Assembly: GCF_009914755.1 (NCBI RefSeq)
Contig: NC_060927.1
Direction: 5' to 3' (one strand)
Origin: the human T2T-CHM13v2.0 reference genome, Homo sapiens
Length of the DNA stretch: 64,000 nucleotides
Shown here piece by piece: positions 1 through 14,903 of this stretch. A program made the position numbers and the translations under genes. How positions within the stretch are numbered: the stretch's first letter is position 1; each line of letters starts with the position of its first letter. The notes below the pieces were generated by a model that was not told the DNA's origin, ran no database searches, and was given only the letters and a program-made list of their open reading frames with translations.

Positions 1-205
1 TAAAAGTTAAAGCAAGCTAAACAGATATAAGAATAATAACTAATCTCGTTCTCTTCCCCAGCCCCACAAAAACTGTCAAAGAATCACAAAGCAGCACAAT
101 CTAATGATGGGCCAGCATAGCCCACCTAGCTATGCTCTATTTTACAGATAACATTATTATATTCATGAGTTTTCCTTCCTTCCCATCTGTAAAGAACACA
201 CTTAC

Positions 206-258
206 TTGGGAATCCTCTGCACTCAAAGACAGTGTCGAAGTAGTACGTAGATCATTAT
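206..258 (-). CDS. SENP7: SENP7 coding exon (53 nt)
   Basis: AG/GTAAGT; (D)NDLRTTSTLSLSAEDSQ; the gene continues beyond position 1. Confidence 0.93.
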
Positions 259-1069
259 CTAGTTAGAAATAATTAAGCAGTTATGAGTGTTTATTGCATG
301 TTTTTATACAGGTAACTTAGAAAAGCTTAAAATTATAATTTTTATGCAGTTACTGGATGCACAGTAAAAATACTTGAGATTTAATTTTTTTCATGATTAA
401 TGTTATGAATAAAATTCAATCAACAGATAAAACTGACAATGGTTGGCTGTTATCAAATAACAGGTAAACCCCAGAGCCATGATTGGAAATACCAGTTAGC
501 TAGGCAAATTCTCTATAAAAAGATAATCTTCAAAAATAGCTCATTAATCAAAATGTCTGCTATTTAATGCAGAAGGTAGTTAATCTGCCTAATAATGGTG
601 CTTCTAACTATGACCATACAGTTTTGTGTAAGTACACATTTGAGGTTTCAAGATAATTAAACATAATCAGTTGCTTCATCAGTTTTTCTTTTTCCCCACA
701 TGGGTTTTGGCCAGTATTAATGCTAACGGCTATTTTTCAATCAGCTTACTGCTTAGGCTACAGCTATAAAACATTTAATTTTGTTACTTTTTTCTCAAAG
801 AAAGTAGGCTTATTTACTTTAGATTTTGGCTTGTAAGAAAACTCGTGGAAGAATTATAAGAGATCCTATATTACCTAGCCAAATTAATGGAGTCTACAGG
901 AAATTAGATTAAGTAAAAATGGGGGATTTCAAGCATTGTCTGGAAATCAAAGGCATAAATTCCTAGTCATGTTAGCAAACCTAGTGTATTTTTAAAATGG
1001 TATAATACTATTAATTAGCTAGATTTTGTCATTCTACAATGTATATGTATTTCAAAATATCATGTTGTA

Positions 1070-1357
1070 GCCAGGTGTGGTGGCTCATGCCTGTAATCCC
1101 AATACTTTAGGAGCCTGCGGTGTGAGGACTGCTTGAGGCCAGGAGTTCCAGACCCACCTGGGCAACATAGTGAGATCCTATCTTTACAAAAAAAAATTTA
1201 AAAATAAGCCAGGTAAGGTGGTGCACCCCTGTAGTCCTGACTAATCAGGAGGGTAAGGCAGGAGGATTACTTGAGCCCAGGAGTTCGAGGTTGCAATGAG
1301 CTATAACTGAGCCACTGCACTACACCAAGACAACGTCTCTTAAAAAAAAAAAAAAAA
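1070..1357 (+). mobile_element. AluJ inside an L1M 3'-end fragment
   Basis: Diverged Alu dimer with A tail; atgttgta on both flanks. Confidence 0.85.
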
Positions 1358-1862
1358 GTATGTTGTACATAGTAAATACATGCAATTTTATCTGTCAATT
1401 TTTTTAAGTTAAAACAAGCAAAAAATGTCAATGGAAATAATAATAATAATAATACATGGAATAAACATAAAATTTAGGGTAGTGGTTACTTCTGGATTAA
1501 AGAAAGAGAAATGGGAGTGGTCACAGAGGAGATTATTATTATATCAGAAAAGTTTTAATTTCTTAATCCAGGTGAAACAAGTATTGATGTTGGTCATATT
1601 AGTTATACTTTTTTGTATGTTTGAAATATTTCATAAGATCAATAAGTAGTAATTTTAAGTGCCATAATAAAACTTGATATAACAGTACAACTTCAGAATT
1701 ATATTTTGTCTATCATTAAAAATTTCAGATTTTTTATTCATCCTGTTAAAGTAGGTTTAATGATAGTAAATAACTATACTACCGTTAACTTCATTTTCTT
1801 CCCTGTAACCATTAAATTATTGTCATCATTATTAAAAACACCATCTACGTTATGGATGTCAC

Positions 1863-1987
1863 CTATTGTTTTGTTGTCATTTTGGGACTGCTGAGCCTGG
1901 GACTGCTGGGATACAGTTTGTGGAAAATCTTCATACACAGCTTCTTCTAACCATGGAAAACAAATGACTGCGAGATACCAGTGAGAC
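1863..1987 (-). CDS. SENP7: SENP7 catalytic-domain exon with catalytic His (125 nt)
   Basis: AG/GTGACA; [41 protein letters not shown]. Confidence 0.96.
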
Positions 1988-2647
1988 CTGTTGAAAAAGA
2001 ACTACAATCTTAATACCATGCAAAGTCTAAACAACATATAATATATTCTAGAGATACATCTGAGAAAGTGAGAATAAATTTCATATTAATTTTGAAGACA
2101 TCCACTGTAACATCTCATTATAATATAGAGCATACATATCAACAATAAATATCCAGAGTTACCAAGGCATAAGTAACACTATTTAGGGTAACAGCTGAGT
2201 AGTTCAAATTTATTTACTTTCATACAATCGGTGTTTCCTATTAAGGATCTGCCTTAATAAATAGACTCATAGCATTATTTTTTTTGTATTGGTGCTTGAA
2301 GAGTTTGTTTTCTTAAGTATTTGAAGATTCACTCAAAAATATTTTTATTTTTTTATTTAGAAAATTTTTTCTTAAATCCAAACAAAAAAACATTCAATGT
2401 CTCAGTCATTATAGTCTTGTGGTCATTTGTCACTTTATTTTTTTTTCACTACTTTTACAACATAACCATTGTCAAACCAAAATCCAAGATAAGGAATTCA
2501 TTGCCTTAGCTACTTTTATTTAAAAAAATTAAAATAATACCTGAGATGTATGTGGCCATAATTTTTACTGATTATGAATCTAAAAACACTACAAAATTTT
2601 TTTCTGAATTCTTTCCAATATGTTCTTAAATAATCTGAAATACTTAC

Positions 2648-2740
2648 GACTCATTTACAGGTACAAAGATGTAATCTTTATTAAAAATGTTTATGTGACG
2701 AGTCCATGTTCTTACTCTTTTATGTCTTCTCTGTGCCATT
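2648..2740 (-). CDS. SENP7: SENP7 catalytic-domain exon (93 nt)
   Basis: AG/GTAAGT; [30 protein letters not shown] (peptidase C48 motif). Confidence 0.97.
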
Positions 2741-3138
2741 CTGAGAGTATGAAAGACAGATTTGATATATAAAAATTTTTTCATTTAAGATAGGGACTTC
2801 AAGAGCCATTTTTATATATTGAAATATTTTAAATTTAGTTTAACCATCTTCTTTAAGATATATCATATTTAACACATTATAAATATATCTCCTTATAGTA
2901 ACCCCTGGTTATTCTTAAATTTAATAACTATAAACAATAATGAAATGGACAGAATAAAGGCAGCAATTTATTAAATGCTTTTCAGATTCCAAAACTGGCT
3001 GTGCAACTTAGTATAAACACAGTTAAATCTACTTATTTTGCTTAGCTCCATCTGGGCATGATATAAAATACTGTCATTAAACCTTAACAGAATTCTCCAA
3101 CTGTTATATCTGTCATTAGGGAGGTTTTAAAACTCAAT

Positions 3139-3412
3139 GGGCTGAGTGTGGTGGCTCATGCCTGTGATTCCAGCTACTTAGGATGCTAAGGTAGGAGGAT
3201 CACTTGAGATCAGGAGTTCAACACTAGCCTGGGCAACATAGCGAGACTCCTGTCACTAAAAATATAAAGAAAATTAGCCAGGGTGGTGACACACACCAAT
3301 AATCAGTCCCAGCTACTTGGGGGATTGCTTAATCTCAGGAGTTTGAGGCTGTGATCACACCACTGCACTCTGGCCTCAGTAACAAGGGAAGACCCTATCT
3401 CTAAAAAATAAA
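3139..3412 (+). mobile_element. AluJ
   Basis: Diverged Alu dimer. Confidence 0.85.
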
Positions 3413-3726
3413 TTAATCAGTTAACTTAATTTAATTAAAAATCTTAATGGAGGAGGAAAAATGAGGCTTTTATTCTCAGATTCTTTAAAATAAAATTCAT
3501 CTCCCTTCCTTTCATACACAAGGAAACTACAGGATGATGTTAAATGTACCTACCACTCATCCATCTTTCCTTTTATTTCTTCAACAAATATTTATTAGGT
3601 TCCTAAAAACAAATAATGAAAGTCACCTACACTGCCCTAGAAGTATTCATAATCTAATATGGGCAGAAAAAACTATAACAAATAACTAAAATGTGTCATA
3701 AGAGGTACAAAGGAATTATGGTAATG

Positions 3727-4066
3727 CAGCAGTCCCCAACCTTTTTGGCACCAGGGACTGGTTTTGTGGAAGACAATTTTTCCAGGGACAAGGTTAGGGG
3801 GGATGGTTTCAAGATGAAACTGTTCCTCCTCAGACCGTCAGGCATTAGTTAGATTCTCATAAGGAGCACGCAACCTAGATCCCTTGCACGCACTGTTCAC
3901 AACAGGGTTCGTGCTCCTGTGAGTATCTAACGCTGCCACTGATCTGATAGGAGGCAGAGCTTAGGCAGTAATGCTCGCTCACTGCTGCTCACCTCCTGCT
4001 GAGTGGCCTGGCTCCTAACAGGCCACAGACTGGTACCAGTCTGAAGCCCAGGGGTTGGGGACCCCC
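3727..4066 (-). mobile_element. MER1B-type hAT-Charlie DNA transposon
   Basis: TIRs cagcagtccccaacc / ggttggggaccccc, ~340 bp, MER1-like internal sequence. Confidence 0.8.
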
Positions 4067-6794
4067 TTATTAAACCATCTGAGACAGCCACCTTGAACAG
4101 GGTTGGCTTGCATACACACAAATACTAGTTTCTTTTCTTTACCTAATCAGGGGAGTTAAAAGAGAAGGATATAAAACCAAGTTTGACTGTCAAAAGAAAG
4201 GTTTTAGGAAGGAAGAAAATGACATTTAACAGGGGGATAAAGGTGGTATGTGACTTCTGGCTCAGTCCCTTGGATGGAACTCTTATTGCAGGAAAAAAAA
4301 AAGGCAAACCATTACATTCTTATATAATTTTTATCAAGTCATATAGGAAACTGAAATCATTGCCCCATCTTGTTCATCTGAATAATATCTAGCCAAAACC
4401 CTATGGGTAAACATCAGGAGTAACATAGGATCCAGAATGAGCTAAAAGATTTGACAGCAATTAGACACTATGTGGAAGATTAACCACATAAAAAAATCAA
4501 AGTCACGTTTATTGAATTTTCTCATTTCAAAAGGACCCAACCATTATAATCAGTATAAACAATTACTTTCAACTAGTGTATAGTCTGTTAATTTGTTTTC
4601 TATTTGAAAATCTTAAGGATAGACATCTGGTTTTATATTGGTATTTGGTCGATTTCCTGATTATGCTAACCTTATTTGATTGAGAATATATTAGACATAG
4701 AATGAGGCAAGGAGGATAGGAGAGAATATGAGGGCCAAACATAATCTCCTATTCTCAGTTCCTGTGTAGAAAATCTTCAACTAAATGTCTAACAGTTCTC
4801 TCAGTAATCAATAATAGGCACTGTTATCATCTCATATTTTGAGTTCCTAATATGTTCCAAGCACCGAGCAAGGTACTGAGGATAGAGTGGAAAATAAGAC
4901 AGATAAAGTCCCTAACTTCATGTAGCTTCAAATGAGAAACAGAAAATGAAGACGTAAACAAACGAATAAAATGATTACAGATCACGCTGTGAAACAAATT
5001 TTTTAAATGCCAGGATAAGTTGTTTCAGGCAGAAAATAGGAAAGCGGTCAGCATATTTGAAAATGGAAATGAGGTAGGTTGAACTTAAGTATGGTAAATG
5101 AGAGGAAACAATATTATGAGATGAGTTTAAGGAGATGGAAAGAAACCAGATCTTTCAGGATCTCATAAAGCATGATAAGGAATCTGTAGCTTCTCAACAC
5201 TAGTAGTTAGAGCCTTTTGATGTGGATTTATTGGCCATTAAAATTCATATCTCTTGCTGCTCTGATGACTTTTAAAAACTGATTTGTAGGGATTCTTTGT
5301 GTAAACACTAATGCTTGATCTGATATATCAAATTGTGTGAATGCTTAACAGACCAAGCATTAGTATTCACACATTCATGTGCATGTGTACATGTGTGTGT
5401 GTGTGTAGTATCTTATGCATCTTACCCTAGAGGATGCCACTCACGTAACTTTATTTTTATTATGTATATAATAATCAGGTACACAATATCTGTTTTTTTG
5501 AAAAGCTTACTAATACAGCAGAATCTATCTACTTTCATTTCCTTAGTTTGAAGGTGAGTATACAAAATTCACAATCTCTACTTTGAATAATCTTGAAATA
5601 AAACATGAGATTAAGTGCATGGTACCAATCATTAAATTCTGTATACATAAAACAGAACAGGAGGGCATCAGAAATGTTACCTAATTTATTTAATAAATCT
5701 CCCCCTTCCATATATCCCTCTCCTAGCCCTGATTATCAGAAATATTTTCAAATTGCAGTTTTCTCCTTAACTGATCCTCGCAGGTCTTGTCCATCAGGAC
5801 AAATTCCAAACCTGTAAAGACACTCAAAACGGAGTTAATCATACATCCCAGTTTGTCTAGAAAAGCCCTGGTATACGCACTCGTTGTCTAGTGTACCCAC
5901 TAAGACAGCCTCCTATTATTCTCACAAGCATCCCAATTTAGACCATTAATTATATAATCACAACACTATGAACAACAGAAAGAGTTGAACTTTGAAACTG
6001 GAAAGCTATATCCAACTTTGAAAAACTCATATAACTTCCTTAAGCTTCAATTAATAAAGACAATGACAATAATACTGTAGAATCAAATAACTTTATGTTC
6101 ACCGTCTTAGTTCCTAGCAGGCACTCAATAAATATTAATTAGTGTCCCTATTCCTACCCTCTTTCTCCAACAATATATCAAATTCAAGCAGTTTATCCAT
6201 TAATCCTCTTCTAACTCTTGTTTATTACTCCTGTTATTTTAACGAGATGAAACAAACTCTCATAGCCATTTTTTAAAGCAATCTAGTACAATAAAAACTT
6301 TGGACTAGAAGTTAAAAGGTAAAGATTTAAGTACCAACTAGTTCTGCCACTCACTAGCTGTTCATCTTAAGTAAAATTTATTAATCTTCATTAGACTGCT
6401 TCCTCATATGAAAAATTGGGATACAGTTTATATGCCCTATCAAAAGGTACTGTCATGATAGGAAAAACTGAAATAATGTCAATAAATGGAGTTGTAAATT
6501 GTAAAGCAGTAGAGAAATGTTTACACTAACTTTTAAAATAACAATAACTCAGCTTTATCATGAGTCTACTCAGATAGATTATCATACAAATTGTTAAGTA
6601 TGGGGAAAGGGGAGAAATGCCTCATGTTGCAACAACTATCCAAGTTTCTACTGTCTAAGAAATACCTCCTTTTTGCCTATCCCTAGCCACTGCTCCACAG
6701 TTTTAGTATTAACCAAAAAAATACTTGGGCAAAAATCAGCTAAATTGTGCAAACAAATAGGGTATTTCGTATAATGTAGCATAGGTTTAATTAA

Positions 6795-7285
6795 ATAGTC
6801 TGTCATTGGGGATCCAACCAGGAAAACAAAAACAGCCCTATATAACAGATAGAATTCAATGCAGGAAATTGGCTATAGCATTGACATAAAAAGAAAAACA
6901 AAAAAACACAAAGCCAAAAACGGGGACAGTGAGACAGCAAAGATTAGCAGAGGAGGAAACTGCTATACCTGTAGGGTAGAGGGCAAAGAGAGGAAGCAGT
7001 ACCTCCAGATGAAAGCTGGAGTTATAGCAGGTCTGTCCTGTGAGAGGTGGACTCACAGAGGAAATACAGCCACTGTCAGAATCATTTCCCAATGCAAAGA
7101 GAGTAGGGAAGAAATAACCTAGCTTCTTTCTTCCTTGCCCTCCAACTTCCAGGATTTCCCCCAGGGACATGCAATTGGAAATGCAGACTGCAAGTGTCAG
7201 CCTCCCTGTCATGGGCAGCAAAACAGTGGAAGGATGAGAAATGGCTCTCATGGCAAACAGACCCAGGACCTGCACAAATGGTAGT
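6795..7285. mobile_element. Old MaLR/ERVL-type LTR fragment
   Basis: GC-richer segment resembling MLT1-class LTRs; subfamily uncertain. Confidence 0.4.
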
Positions 7286-7387
7286 ACTGCCTACTTGAGG
7301 AAATACTATAAAGAAGCCACTTTACTAGGAGCATCAAAAATAGTACATTTTCTCTTAAAACTTAAGTACATTAGAGGATTAACTTAC

Positions 7388-7510
7388 GAAAGATTTGGAT
7401 TATCTTCTGTTAAATTATTTTCCTTTCTTGTCAAGCATTTATAGAAAAAGCTACTAAAAATGTGACTTCGTTCAACAAGTTCATCTGATGCCTTCTCCAA
7501 TATAAGATAC
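7388..7510 (-). CDS. SENP7: SENP7 catalytic-domain exon (123 nt)
   Basis: AG/GTAAGT; [40 protein letters not shown]. Confidence 0.97.
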
Positions 7511-7751
7511 CTGTAAAGTAGTAACCCCACAAAAGTAAATTATTTTTAGATTTTACTTGGTCGTCCCCCAGTTGTCTTATGTGTTCTGGAAATCTTTATT
7601 TTTTATCTATTTTGATTCAAAGCAATCTTGCAGTTTCCTCTGATTTCAGCTTTCAGTTTGGTTAGTTACCTAGCCTTCCATCATGTAAAGCAGAAATTAC
7701 CCACTTATTCATTCATTTACTTAACAAATATTTATCAAATTCCTAACATGT

Positions 7752-8056
7752 GGCCAGGCACGGTGGCTCACGCCTGTAATCCAAGCACTTTGGGAGGCCG
7801 AGGCGGGCAGATCACGAGGTCAAGAGATCGAGACCATTCTGACCAACATGGTGAAACCCCGTCTCTACTAAAAATACAAAAATTAGCTGGGTGTGGTGGT
7901 GTGCACCTGTGGTCCCAGCTACTCAGAGGGCTGAGGCAGGAGAATCACTTGAACCCGAGAGGCAGAGGTTGTAGTGAGCTGAGATCACATCACTGCACTG
8001 TAGCCTGGGTGACACAGCGAGACTCTGTCTCAAAAAAAAAAAAAAAATTAAAAAAC
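7752..8056 (+). mobile_element. AluSc inside an L2 fragment
   Basis: gatcacgaggtcaagagatcgag diagnostic; TSD aaattcctaacatgt. Confidence 0.9.
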
Positions 8057-8439
8057 TTTTAAAAATTCCTAACATGTGCCAAACACCATGTTTACACTAG
8101 AGACACAAAACAAGAGGGGAAAAATAAAGTACCTGCCCCTGTAGAGCCTATAATCCAGAGGAGTGAGGGTAGAAAATATTAATCAAATAATCATATACTC
8201 AAATATAAAAGTGAAATTGTGACACTGCTAAACAAATCTAGAAAAATGTTAATAACTGTGTGATATGATTCATCTCTAAATTCTTAGTCCATTTCTGTAC
8301 TAAAACAATCCTTCCATATAAGCTTATAATCCAATCACTTAGTAATTAACCCCTTCATGATTAGAAAACTCTGCTATTCTTTATAGTTTATGCAGGCTTG
8401 AAAATGTGTGATTGTTTTTTAAAAATGGAGTAGCTAGAG

Positions 8440-9050
8440 TTTGCAGATCAGAATACTGGAAAGGAAAGAGCTATACAGAGAACTCCAGACAGCTGCAAAG
8501 TCCTCTTCAAGTATTCAGGAGAGTATTAAACACCGAATGTATGTGAGGAAAGTACCCAGGGGTAGGGAAAGAACTACCCAAAAAGATCAGAGAGAATGAT
8601 ACCAAGTGCTCACAGAGACCAAGAATGGTGCCTGTTCCTATCAGCCAAATTGGAAACTTCGTAATTCCTGAGACATTGGGTAGAATACTCAAAAAGGTCT
8701 TTCCTCAGTAGTAAGATTAAGTTATTGGCCTCATCTAACAAATCTTAAAGGCATCAAACATTTTCCAAATAATTTTACTGTGTCCCAAAACAAAATTCAA
8801 GCATATTTATAAATACAAAAATATCCAGCACCCAATCAAAAAATTACCAGACATGCAAAAGCGCAAAGAAATGACTCATAATGAAGAGAAAAATCAGTCA
8901 ATTGAACCCAGAACTGACAGAGTTGTTAGAATTAGCAGAAAATAATATTAAAACAATTATAACTGTATTCCATATGTTCAAAAAGAAACATGGAAGATAT
9001 AAAAAAGACCCACATTTAATTCCTAGAGATTAAATCTACAGTGTCTGTAA
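8440..9050 (+). mobile_element. Old L1M 5'/ORF1 fragment
   Basis: Diverged L1M-like A-rich sequence. Confidence 0.55.
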
Positions 9051-9356
9051 ATATAATGTGAGATTTTGACCTGAGTTACTGGGATAAAGATTACTAGTAT
9101 TATTAGTAAAACAATAGAGCTTAGGTAAGATTATAATAAATTTGGTTTGGGAGAGATGTGTAAAATAATTAGGAGATATCTCCATCAACTGTTGGGAATC
9201 TAGGTCTAGAGATACAGTACAAAATGACGGCTAGAAGCAAATTTCCTTTGCATAAAGTTTTAAATGTTTTCATACCAATTCCTGCAGCTCTGGCTATACA
9301 AAAAGTTGGGGGAGAAATTAAGTGATATGGATTCTTAAAATGATAGTTAGCTCTTA

Positions 9357-9685
<329 letters not shown>

Positions 9686-9972
9686 TCACCACCATAATAC
9701 AATAGTTAAAGAAATTTACATCAAAAACTAACAAAAGCTAAAAAAGCAAAAAAGCAGCAACTCTTCTTAACTATATAGCATCCACAGTAAGTAAAGCAAT
9801 GAAACTGAGTAAGTCAATTCTAGAAAACCTTGGTAAGCAAAAATTTTCCAAATCTGAAATCTTGGCAGGCTACTTTTAACAGAATTTAAAATAATTCAGA
9901 GATAAAGACATTTATTTTAAGTTTCTCAGTAAAATCTGTAAAATATGTAGGATCATTTATCATTGTACTTAC

Positions 9973-10089
9973 TTAAGGTAAAAATCAATGATTACATCAT
10001 TAAGAAACTCTCCTTCTTCTAAACACTCCAGATCTTCATTAGTTACTCCTAATCCCCCCTTAGTAGGTGGTGGAGGATATACAATCAAC
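9973..10089 (-). CDS. SENP7: SENP7 catalytic-domain exon (117 nt)
   Basis: AG/GTAAGT; [38 protein letters not shown], the SENP6/7-type Loop-1 plus the Ulp1-family LND-I-FYL motif. Confidence 0.97.
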
Positions 10090-11523
10090 CTTAAAAGTAA
10101 AAATAAAGTTAACATATACTGATATTGAAAATCCTATTATCTAAGAGATTTCTTATATGAAACAATAACTGGGCAGTGGTATTCTGTAACTCAAATCTGT
10201 AGGGTAAAAAACATTTGACCAGGCATAAATAATGATATTTTCCTTCCTTTATCCTCACAAGCTACTAATGGTACTCCGATTGAGTATTATCTTTTCTTTT
10301 CCAATACTTCCCATGTGGGCTAGTCTTAATAGGCTACTATCTGAATTAGTCTCTAATCAATAGGTTTTATCTCACAATCAGTTATACCATTGAAGATGTT
10401 GCTCTTCTTCATAATTTTTAACTTTGAATAAACTGATGTAATAAAATATAGCTTTTCCTTTCTCCGCTTTCTAAGTTTGAATCCTCAAGACTAGTTCCCT
10501 TCCTTTCAGAAAAGCCAGCAGTCAAAAATTGTGCTCTGCTCCTGGTGGCTAATCTATACCAGCAGCTGGACAAAAAAGAAATAACATGGGAGCTTAGGAG
10601 GCAAGTCTCCCCATAAAAAGTGCCTGCCACATAAAACTTAAGAGACCACAAAGGAGACATATAATTTAATCACAACCAGAAAGTAGTAGAGAAGAGATGA
10701 CAACTAATTAGTCATCCTCCTGCTGGCATTCTCTCTTAAAGCTTAGAAATAAGACCAGTTGTGAATTCCGGGCTATAATCTTGGAATAGGTAGAGCAGTA
10801 CTCAATGAAAAATGTAGTCAGTAATGAAGGTATAATATGTACTTCTTGCACCAGAAAGGTTCAGTATGGTAAGAGTCATCCACATTGATTTAATCTTAGT
10901 ATCATGGCACCTAAATCAAAAAAGAAAACTGTAAATTTAAAGTGTTAATATGATAGTTTCTACCTTATTGGCTATTTTCCTATCCTAGTCTTTCAAGTGT
11001 CTTTTTTCAAAACAAAGAAATAGAATCACATGGAGGTACAGAAATCACCATTAAATGCACAGACTCCATATTCTTCCTTAGCACCATGAGAAGACATGGA
11101 TGAAATATGAACAAAGAAGCAATTTCTGAAAGAGAATTTGTAACAAACTCCAAAGTACCTTAAATTGAAGCATATTTCAGTAAGCAATTTCATTTTCCCT
11201 ATCATATGTTCAGATAAGGAATGTAGAATTTTTAAAATCATACATTGCTACTCAAATGTTTTTAATAAACACTTTAATCTTACCAAATATGACACTTTGT
11301 CTGCCATTTATGTCTTACTGACATAAAAGTAAAATGGCACCTATTGTTTTCTTAATAAATTTTTTAACTTCCTCATAATTTCTTTAAAAAAACCTATTTC
11401 CATTACTATCAGCATGAAAGTAAAACTTAAAACATTTCAAAAGTTAAACTACTGAAAAGCAGCAACATGAATAAAAACTACTAATATGCCCATCTACTAC
11501 AAACATGCTATGACAGTACATAC

Positions 11524-11657
11524 TTCTGAACAAGTCCAGTGTGCCTGACTTCTCGCCATTCTTCATCTGGATTAGATGTAATAGAAAGGGAGTAGCAACC
11601 GCTACTTTGCTTCTGCAGGAAGGTGTAAGTAGGCTTGGCCGCATCTGTGTTTGAGGG
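11524..11657 (-). CDS. SENP7: SENP7 coding exon (134 nt)
   Basis: AG/GTATGT; [44 protein letters not shown](K). Confidence 0.93.
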
Positions 11658-12299
11658 CTGACAGAAAGTGGCAAGAAAAAGGGTCTCAAACATCATAACT
11701 TTCAAAAGAACAAAGTCAAAACGTAGACGTGTGAGAGAAAATGTGACTTGAAAAATCCCTATGAATTATATCTATACTTTTAGATTTTCCATAGATATAA
11801 CCAAACCAAAATAATACTGGTGATGAAAAGATATTGTATAAACAATGGTCAAAGATTAACTTGAAGTACTATTTGCAGATATGGACTACAGAATTAAAGA
11901 AGAATATAACAATTTTGCAGTTCAAAATAATCAAAAAATGTAATAAATAGGAGGAAATAAAATTTAAAATTAAGAGGCTACATTTATAATAATGTAATTC
12001 CACTAAATGGAAAATATATAAACAATATAATTAGGATGCAAAATATTGACAACATTATACATAAAGAAAGATAGAGATGAAGTCTTATACTTTATCTAAC
12101 ACTAATGTGGCTTTCTATAGGCCTTTTGAATAAAAGATTAGCCTCTGGCCAAACCCGTGTATGTGCATGCATGTGCACAGGTGTATATATGAGTATGCCA
12201 TAGCTTCTTAATAAATTCTTTTCTTTCTAGAACTATTTGGCAGAGATATACAAGCTACATGTATATTACCAACCTCCTATAAAAATAAACATAGCATTT

Positions 12300-13480
<1,181 letters not shown>

Positions 13481-13563
13481 CATTTGAAAGCAGCCTAATA
13501 TCAATGAATAAATGTTTTCTGAACCTCCCCCTTCTCTGCCAATTATATTAATGATATGCTAAC

Positions 13564-13832
13564 CTGAGATACTGATTTCAGCTTCATTTCTTCAGCAACA
13601 GCAACACCAGCAGGGAAAGAACAAGTTGAAACACAGTAATAATGAATAAAAGAACTTTCTTTTGAAGAGAGGTTCTGAAACAAAGGAAATGCCTGAACCC
13701 AAGACAACGGGTAAGAAAGCTCTAATTCTCCACTGATTATACTTATTTCCGTCATAATATCTTTCAGCTTCAATTCTTCTCTTTGTGAAACAGGATTGTG
13801 TAGTTCAAGGAAAATGAATTCACTAGATTTTG
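13564..13832 (-). CDS. SENP7: SENP7 coding exon (269 nt)
   Basis: AG/GTTAGC; (S)[30 protein letters not shown]...[11 protein letters not shown]; overlaps listed ORF 13543..13773. Confidence 0.94.
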
Positions 13833-14737
13833 CTACAAAAGGAAAAAATAATTTGTATCAATAGTATTATTTTTCAAGAGGATTATAATACAAGTAATTT
13901 AATTATTAATAATAGTAAGGTTGGAATATAACCCCAAGTATTTTGTATTTTAGGTAATAACCAAGGCAAATTAATATCCCAAAAGTAGGCCATTAGTAAT
14001 CCAGAACCAAAACTCACAATTGGTGGACTCCTGTTCTACTGCACTAAAATGTCATAATAGTACTGATTGCTATATCTGCAGTGCCTGACATTTAGTAATA
14101 AACATTTGTTAATGAATGTATGAATGAATAATTAATAATTATTTTTCTCTAGCCTCCTTTATGAATCAACTCTATCAACTAGAAACATATTCCAATTAAA
14201 CACCTCCTACATTTTCTCCTCAGTCATTTCAATGGTGATCTGAAGACATTCTCTTCCCACAGAATGCTTATAAATGGCTGTTTCTATTTTCCCCACGTTC
14301 TCTGCTATTTAATCATGAATTTTCCTAGTAGAAGTAATTAGGACAGGAAAATAACAAATTTGAAAGTTATAAAATTTAGTTCACTACTTAACATCTTTAC
14401 TGTGCAGGAGAGTAGGAAAAAGGTAGAGGGATCAAACAGGTAAGAAAGAACCTTACTAAATTTGATTGATGTAGTTCTAAACCCAACTCCTTCAGGAGCT
14501 GGAGACTAAACAAAGTTGAAAAATATCTCAAGATGTATATTATATAGATAAGTGTTATAGGTGCATATGGGAAAGTATTCAACCGAATCTTAAAGGAATA
14601 ATATATAAGTAAACTGAATTTCACTTTTTAGAAACTAAAGACTGAAGGCAAAGACTTCTATATTTTATTTAACTTTGCTGCAAATTCTGTCAGAGTTTGT
14701 CATGACCAAGGGCAAGAAACTCATAAGAAAGGTAGTT

Positions 14738-14891
14738 GGCCAGGCATGGTGGCTCACACTTGTAACACTAAAACTTTGGGAGGCCAAGGCAGGAGGATAG
14801 CTTGAAGCCAGGTGCTTGAGACCAGCCTGAGGAACATATCGAGAGCCCATCTCTAGAAAAAAAGAAAGCAAAAAAAAAAAAAAAAAAAAAA
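14738..14891 (+). mobile_element. AluJ left monomer (element split by L1)
   Basis: Left arm plus expanded A linker; matching right arm at 16950. Confidence 0.8.
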
Positions 14892-14903
14892 GGAGAAGAA
14901 AGA

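Noticed and set aside
7628-8062. 144-aa ORF and similar ORFs at 12689, 34884, 45027 and 59884
   Set aside because: Alu-derived reading frames
10840-10930. Strong-looking acceptor at 10911-10912 on -
   Set aside because: No convincing donor nearby and flanking exons already join in frame
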